From Eledone cirrhosa (Eukaryota): a stretch of 64,000 bases of DNA. Positions 55,570 to 64,000 of this stretch are shown here, in pieces. The notes under the pieces are model-generated. The model made no database searches, was not told the DNA's origin, and was given only the letters and a program-made list of their open reading frames with translations. Positions within the stretch are counted from its first letter, which is position 1, and every line of letters starts with the position of its first letter. Made by a program: the position numbers and the translations under genes. Where the stretch lies: the NCBI GenBank assembly GCA_964016885.1, contig OZ024740.1, forward strand, positions 273,234,001 to 273,298,000. The letters run 5' to 3'.

Positions 55570-57454
55570 TTTTTTTCTTTTTGGACAACACCATACTATA
55601 TGCAAATTCACTCTAACCAATCCTTTAAAATTGATAATATCATGTTCTCATTGAACTAGTTCTCTTACATAACTACATCATTCAGTATTTTTTAAATGTA
55701 TAATCTATCCAGGATTGCATTATTTTGCCATAAATATAATCTGTTTTTAAAATAGTAAGGGGTAATTTGAGGAAGAATTTGCTGTTGTTTCTAGAAAACC
55801 AAGCAGACATATAGAACCCCTCTCTTTTACGCTAAATTTAATTACAACCTTGTCTTATTACATGTGTTTTGGGTTTGCTAGGATTGTTTGTTATATGTCT
55901 GGATACGATGGGAAAGCCATACCAAAAATAACTTTGTTGCTAAGAGAAAAATACATACGCATATACACACACATACAAATAGAACACTTAATTGCACACA
56001 AAGAAAACCATCACTATTCTATAAAATTGTGAATATATATATACATGAATGTGTGTGTTGTTGTATTGGCTGCATAATTGTGAGCATTAGATGAAACACC
56101 ATGCAATCATCATGCCAGTTCTTTATATTCAAAGCTCAAATCTCACCATGGTTGACTTTGCATTTCCTCATTCTCAAATTCATAAAATACACTATCAGTA
56201 AAGTATGGTGCATAGGTGAAATTATTAGAGCATTGAACAGAATTTTAGCAGCATTTTTTCCACCTTTTTACATTTTCAGTTTACTGGCAACAAAACTGCT
56301 CATAAGCTCTACTTTCTCTTGCTTTCCCTTCAATAACATCTCTATTATAGTTAATAGAGACCTGTAGCCTAGGAAATTGCTTTATTTATGCCTATACTAT
56401 ACAAAGTCAATTTCTAGCCACACATGCCTGGGCAAATATGACCAATGAATGTCTTGGATATATATGAATTACTTACTGTGTGCAGACAATTTCATAGAAA
56501 AGCACACTTGGTTACATCAAACTAAGTATACCATTAGTATTTCTGTTTCCATATTGCTAATTTATTTTCATATATCTATAAGTGTAAACATCCAGTTGAC
56601 TTAAGAAATATCAACAAATTTTGAAATCTGAAATCTAGTCATATCTGCTTTCATATTTTCATATATCTGAAGTATAAAGTTAACCTGACCATGATTTGAA
56701 CTTACTTTCACTCACTTTAAGTATAGGCTCACATGATTGACTATATATAAATGTATATTCATGCATTTGTATATATCGATTTGGTTGTATGTGTATATAT
56801 GTCAATGTGAATGTATGCATGTGAATGTGTTTGTTCATGACTGCGAGTGAGATTGCAGGACCATATGTGAGAGTATTAGATAGAAAGGGTGTGGGGCAAA
56901 GAGGGAGTGAAACAAGATTTGAATGATATATAAAGAGTGGGGAAAAAACTGAAGGACAAAGAAAGGATTAAAAAATTCAGAAAATTGATTAATAGTTAAA
57001 ATTAAAACTTCTAATTAAAAGTTTAGAAATAAACTGCTTCCAATTAGTTTACATTTGACAAATTCAAAATTATAGGAAAATATATTCTCGTTAGGAATAC
57101 ATTATGGATGGAGATAAGGACTTTCATTCAGTAACTCCTTCATTAACAGGGTACTTTAAAATGATTTCAGTTCATTACACTTCTCCAACAAATGACAAAA
57201 CCCCAGATCTCATTTGCTTTCTGAGAGGGGTGGAGCTCATCAGATTTGACCAAGGAAGCAATGTTTCTATCAATCTTTCCATTTTCTAATAATATCTACC
57301 AGTTGCAACTCCTGGCAAAAGGAGCAATATGAAATGATGTGTCTTGCTCAAGGACATAACACATCACCCAGTCTGGAAATCAAACTCACAACCTCACGAT
57401 TGTGAATCAAATGCCCTAACCAGTAAGCCAAATGCCTTCACATTACTCTATATT

Positions 57455-57630
57455 GGTGGATTGGCAGTATCGGTATAAGGGTCTGACGCCATGCTTTGCA
57501 GCAAAGAGTTACGGCCCTTTATGGTCTGAGTGCAAATCCTGCCGATGCTAACTTTGCCTTTCATCCTTACGGGGTCGATAAAAGAAAGTACCAGTAATAC
57601 ACTGGGATGATTGCTGGCTCTGTGCCACAC
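57455..57630 (+). mobile_element. Family-B SINE
   Basis: GGTGGATTGGCAGTATCGGT..CTTTGCCTTTCATCCTTACGGGGTCGATAAAAGAAAGTACCAG. Confidence 0.8.
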
Positions 57631-59901
57631 TTATTTAAATGTGTAGATTAGTTATAATATAGTTTAATTATATATTATAGTTGTTGTTTAGTAACTCATT
57701 AGACCTGACCAAGCAGATCTATGATGAATAACATTTCAGAAATGCTCATCCCCTCTTTCTTGGGTATACTGTGTTTAAGACTACACGTCCAATGTGTTGC
57801 CTCCCTTTGCAATGTACTGAGATCCAATTTGAAGATTTTGCTACTCTTTCTAGCAGTTAGAATGACCATGTAGAATGCTCTCATGTAGAAATACTTGACA
57901 GTATGCATTCATATTTATGGAAATTATTGTTGTTGTTTTTGGTTGATGCTGATAAATCAAATTTATGAGCAAGGACATTCCAGCCATGCCCATAATTTTG
58001 ACATGGATTATGTAGAACTAAATATAAAAGAATGAATGGGTGAAAATACTCATGGATCTCTGTTGAAAATCATGGGTGACGATTTCCGTAATTTAAATTA
58101 ATTCAAGTTAATTAAACATGGAACATATTGGTGATCGAGTCTAGTTCTGTGGACTAAAGTGATAATTCTAGAAATGTTGCCATCGGTCAATCTTTTAAGC
58201 TATACCATCACTTAGTATTCATTCACAAAAGTCCTATGTACCTCAGTTAGTCAAGATCTAGGAAAGAATGATACACACGACTACTGATGAGGTCATATAT
58301 AACTGAGACATGTCTGAAGTTGTCACGGTACTGACTCACTCACCACTGCATTTTCAATTTAATTATATTTAGTTGATTTAAATCATGTGACTATCTCCCC
58401 TGTCTTTCTTTATTCCAATTGGTCGTTAAAATGTATATTGGTTCTTCACATTATGGGTGTAATTTTAATGAATTAAGATTTCTTGGCACACTTAATTATG
58501 TACATTAGAAGGATCAAAACCTAAAACATTCAGAGTAGGTAGAAAAGCTGCAATATCAATCAATTCTTGTGTGAGTGAGCAAAATTTAATGTGGCTTAAT
58601 AGAACAATGGCGAGAGGATTATGGATGGATGCCTTCTTTGTGAAAGTATAGTAAAATGAGATCTTTATAGGCAGCAAAATGGCAGAGTTGTTAGATCATT
58701 GGACTGAGTGTGTATCTTGGTATTTGTTTCAGCTCAGTGTGTTCACAGTTCGAATCCCTCTGTGGTCAACTTTGTTATTCATCTTATTCAGGTTGAAAGG
58801 TAAAGTACCAGTTAAGGGCAGTAAATTGGCAGGATTGTTAAAGAGTTAGATAGGATGCTCTATGGCAGGGGTTGGCAACCTATGGTCAGATCCTGCCCAT
58901 GAAAACTATTGCCAAAGTCTGTGGCATCCAATCTAGCTGTGTTTGTTCTCAGTTCGAATCTTGCCTTCAACAGTCACAAGTTGTGATTGGCAGATAGCAT
59001 CATCCATAAAAAGATCAATAAAAATATTGTTTCCTTGGTCTGATCTGACATTTGCCTTTTTACCTTTCTAACATACTAAATGTAATGACCCAAAACATTT
59101 TGAGTATTTAGAATTACATCTGTAATGAGGGGAATATTATGAGTTTAATGGAAGACAAATCTAAAATGTATATCAACTGCTATTAGAGTCAGTCATACAA
59201 TAAAGGGTAGCTATCATCTCTGACATGGATGGTGGCAATTCCAGTCACAATACAAGCATAGTGAAACAGATGATGCCAAATTCCAGATGACTGAGTGATG
59301 TAAAAGAATTTCACTGAATTAACACTGATAGGCATGAAATTACACAGGGAGGTTTTCTGCATGGAAAACAAATAGTTAAAGTGCTGCAATATATTAATGT
59401 TTATTTAAATTATTAATTAAAATTCTCCCCATATTGAGGAGAATAAATCTAAAGCTTAATTAATACTGGCCAATATATAAATCAATACAATTTTGGATCA
59501 GTCGACCACCTTTCTTGCCCACATTCAATGCTTAATTAATTTTAATTATTCTTAATTAATTTAAACCTACTTAGATTTGGGAGATGGACTCTCCTGAATC
59601 TAAGTAGGTGTATGCTTTGTTGACCCATCTTACCTTAAACATCATAAACACACTCCCATCCCCATTCCACTCCCATTATCAGCACTAATATAACTATGAT
59701 TTTTTTTTTCCATTATACCATCAACAGTTAAATGTATTTAGCAATAGATTGTTTTCTTATATATATACCACAATAATATGCCATGTGCATTTCTTTATCA
59801 TGATATATATATATATATATAGAGAGAGAGATGCTGTGCTGAAGAAGACCCATCCCACCCTTTCAAGCAAGGAAAAGCAGATGTAATATGATGATGATAT
59901 G

Positions 59902-59979
<78 letters not shown>

Positions 59980-60384
59980 TCATCATCATCATTGTTTAAC
60001 ATCCATTTTCTATGCTGGCATGGCTTAGACAGGTTGTTCCATTAGAGGCAAGTTGGGTCAGATGACCATGTCTTGCTCATATGGGACTGTTTCTGGTGAG
60101 ATTTCTCTGGCTAGATGAACTTCCTAACGACAACCACTTTTACAGTGAGTGCTGGGTGATTTTTCCATGACTCCTACATCGCCACTTTACTGTGCAGGCT
60201 GGGTGCTTTTATTTGTGACACCTACATGACCAGCTTACAACATGGGATGGGTGCTTCTTGTCGTGCGTGACACTACCATGATCACTTAACAGTGTGGGCT
60301 GGTTGGTTTTTCTTGTGAAACCTTCATGTCCACTTTACAGTGTGTGCTGCATTTTTAATTAATATTAATATTACATATCTTTCG

Positions 60385-60960
60385 GAGCATCCATGCTTCA
60401 TTTCTTTCCAATCTTCACAGGTCCTTGCACACAGTGCCGAGGTCTTGCTACCATATAACATGCATCGTACACTCTGCACTTCATTTTTAGGGAAAAATCT
60501 TTTGATCTAACGGTGGTATTAGCTCTCCGAATTTTCTCTGTACCATTCTTACACTGGCTAATGTACTTTTGGAACACCTTCCTCCACTGATAATTTCATC
60601 ACCCAGGTAATGGAAAGTATTGACTATTTCTATAGAACTGTCTGGGCATTTGAAGGATGTAGTATCTCTGGGCACTTGCTTCTTACTTCACCTGAGCATT
60701 GTCCAAATATAAAACCTACATTCTTTCATAGCCTGCCTGTTATCCTACTGAATCTTCAATTCACCCATAACTTGCATTTGGGACATAGAATCGAATTTCT
60801 ACCTACTCCTTTTCTACACACTGGACATTGCCACTTCCTAGGGGGAACCTGGGCCCTATTTTACTTTCTACATACTAGAATTCAGTCTTAGATAAGTAAA
60901 CTTTAAGATCTTTTGATTCTAGGCTATGCTTCCAGGTTTTGAATTTCTTCTCTAGTTCTT
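60385..60960 (-). mobile_element. Decayed LINE fragment (RTE-like)
   Basis: FKCPDSSIEIVNTFHYLGDEIISGGRCSKSTLASVRMVQRKFGELIP; homologous to 38500-39110. Confidence 0.7.
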
Positions 60961-61051
60961 CCATATATATATATATATATATATATATCAGTTCCCGTCC
61001 CACCCTTGCAAGCAGGGAAAAGCGGACGTAAAATGATGATGATGATGATGA

Positions 61052-61094
<43 letters not shown>

Positions 61095-61102
<8 letters not shown>

Positions 61103-61946
61103 TGATCGAGTATCGAAAAATCGGCGCACGAGTTCACGATAAACAAAATTCGAAATGAGCGGCAGAGGGCTCAATAATTCAGATGAATCAGAGCTATAAC
61201 TATCGTTAAAATACCGTCACACATAGAGCAAGTCTAAAATCAACCATACGATAAAAAATCGATAATAGAAGATTCGGGACAATCAGATAAATAATATCAA
61301 TAAATCAATAGATCAATAATTTAAATGAATGTAAAATCATACCCGGACCCACTAGAAAGGTGTTAAATCTAGCTTCTTGGGTTTCTGTAAATCCTTAGAC
61401 TGTACTCTATCAGCTCACATATAAATATATAAGACTTCTAGAGTAAGCGGACTGGAAGTTTACTTCTTCAACGAGCTTCGTCCTAGCGGATAAGAGGCTA
61501 ACTACAAGCAAAATACGCACATGGAATCCGGCAAGGGAGATAACCTCTACATCCGCGAAAACTATTCGAGGAAATGTGGAAATACACATATCGAATAAAA
61601 GTGCTCAATAGACATGTTAAAATAAAACAGGAGCTATTCATCACTCAATAGAATCGACAAAAAATGAGCAATAAAATTAACTGGTGGATAGCTATGTCCA
61701 GAGCTAAAAATATTAGAATGATCGAGTATCGAAAAATCGGCGCACGAGTTCACGATAAACAAAATTCGAAATGAGCGGCAGAGGGCTCAATAATTCAGAT
61801 GAATCAGAGCTATAACTATCGTTAAAATACCGTCACACATAGAACAAGTCTAAAATCAACCATACGATAAAAAATCGATAATAGAAGATTCGGGACAATC
61901 AGATAAAAAATATCAATAAATCAATACATCAATAATTTAAATGAAT
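61095..61946. mobile_element. Retrozyme-like 616-bp unit, about 1.4 tandem copies
   Basis: TATTAGAATGATCGAGTATCG at 61095 and 61711; about 3 mismatches over about 235 bp. Begins directly from a (TA)n tract. Confidence 0.85.
61341..61476 (-). ncRNA. Variant hammerhead with greatly extended stem II
   Basis: Minus strand: GCTCG-TTGAAGA-AGTAAA..TACTCTA..CTTATATA/TATGTGAG..TAGAGTA..TTTACA-GAAA-CCC..GGG-TC-CGGGT. U at position 3 and an A/A mismatch at the base of stem II. Confidence 0.55.
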
Positions 61947-63290
61947 TATATAAATATATAAATGAAAGGTATAGAAAGTATTGTAGCAAGAAGCCAACAG
62001 TATTCCATAATATATAAGTGACTATAGCGTCAAAATGGGAAAATAGTTAACGGAAGATGTGGGAAAAATAATTCAAACTCAATTCAAAAAGAATCAGGTT
62101 ATAGATTTATCCAAGTGAAATCCAGGGAAAAATCAATAGAGCCTTAACTCATGATAAAATAAAGTTTAAAATACTCATCCTTCAATTTGGGACAACTACA
62201 AATATATATATATATCTGTATATATATATAATTCTTAAACATTTTATTTGCACATAGACACAATAAATTTCCTATCTTAGTCATGCTGCTACACTAAGAA
62301 GTTCACTCTCCAGTTATGAGATCCTGGGTTCTAACATTATATTGTAATTGCAAATAGTTATTTCTCTAAAGTCACGTATGCATTTAATTCTGTATGTCAT
62401 ATGTACATTATATGCTGGACATTTATATAATTATTTCCTAGAAATTTATATCATTCTTATTTTTACTCACTTCCATGTATTAGTAACTATAGGGTTTCTC
62501 TTATACAAAAGATTGATTGATAAAAAAAAAATTTCCCTAGTTTTTATGATTGTTCATATAGCTGCTAATCTTTGTATATATGGTTTATTGATGCTGGACA
62601 ACAAAAATTAAGTATATTCAATGGTATTGAAGAATACAATCAGAAATAAAAGTGTCCGAAATAGGGTTCCTCTGAAGGGTCATCGGAATAATGTTACTTA
62701 ATAGAGTGTATAGCTCAGAGATCAAGAATTCAGTTGAGGTAGAGCTGCTATTTCTCTGAATTGAGAGAACACAACTCTGATATTATGTACATGTGATTAT
62801 AATATCTAAATTAAAAACCCTGGACAAATTTTATGGGCCAAACCAACTGGAAGGAAACCAAGCAAGAAGATTGGATAACACCTATGAAGCCATTTGGTCT
62901 TGCTTGGGGGATCCTGCTGGATGAATTGGAAACAGTTGCTTCAGACAGGATCAAATGGATGACATGCTTGAGGATTCTGCCCTATGTCTTTCACAGGAAT
63001 AAGTGGGTGACGAAGAAGTTAAAGGAGATATATTTTATATTTCATTTTTCCTTTAGCTTGTGTCTTTATTTAAATCCTTTTTCCTTCAAATCTTCTTCTC
63101 ATCCTGGCTTTCTTTTGTTTATTTTGTCTTATTAACTGCCGCAGTATCACTGACTTCCCTTTTAAAAATAGAGTTTAAAATATTTTTTTTCTATCCTATA
63201 GTTATATCAATTACAGATGTTAGAATACATACATATGCGTGTTTGTCTCTCCACGCCATGCTAAATGATATTAAATGATAATACTGATCA

Positions 63291-63393
<103 letters not shown>

Positions 63394-63403
63394 CATATGC
63401 ATG

Positions 63404-63435
<32 letters not shown>

Positions 63436-64000
63436 CATATGCACGCACACACACACACACACACATAAATACATGGTGATAGTGATGTATGTATCCATAT
63501 GTATACATACATATATATATATGTATCCATATGTAATATGTTTATTTTCTTTCTGCCAGATTTTCCACAAGACATCTTCACAATTCATTACAAAATATAT
63601 AATTTTTTTCATTACATCTCAGAATTTTAGTGTAAGACTTTGTGTAAGTTTTTGGATTATTTTTTTTACTTAGTGTATATTTTCTCACCACATCCAACTC
63701 CCACACATGCACAAACACACATGTTTTTACTGATCCCTTACTTCATCACTTATCTTTAAACATTTGCAATCTTCTTGCTTTTTCTTTAGTTTTGTTTTTC
63801 TCTCGTAATTTTTTTCTTCACTTCATTATTTTAAAAAATAGATTTTTTTTACTATCTTTAAATTTGTTTTGTTTTTGTATTGTAGTCTTATTTTATTATT
63901 TTTTGTGATTTTTTTTTACCCCTCCTGCTTGATAGTTTACTATAGATATTTCTCTTCTTTTTATTTTTGCTAGAGAAACTATTTTTAAGGAGATGTCAAT

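Overview
AT-rich, microsatellite-saturated eukaryotic DNA. The SINE families and (TA)n density resemble an octopus/cephalopod genome, but this is inferred from memory and not verified. I found no confidently identifiable host gene, and nearly all listed ORFs are microsatellite translations. Recognisable transposon relics are RTE-type LINE fragments, an R4/Dong-like fragment, a Ty3/Gypsy gag-pro-RT fragment, a decayed Penelope-like element (PLE; RT plus GIY-YIG), many tRNA-derived SINEs, a MITE and a tRNA-Gln-like copy. The main hidden signal is RNA-structural. At least 8 sequence-distinct, short non-coding repeat families each carry a type I hammerhead ribozyme (HHR) fold, most with a palindromic stem III. 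Five form tandem or circularly permuted units of 322, 464, 513, 592 and 616 bp, mostly inserted in (TA)n tracts. Four of these five also have a fold-back inverted arm. In every fold-back where orientation can be read (HHR units, PLE, LINE and SINE ends) the RNA 3' ends point outward. This fits retrozyme-like circular or concatemeric RNAs mobilised by PLE machinery through priming from both target strands. All folds were read by eye and none has been tested.
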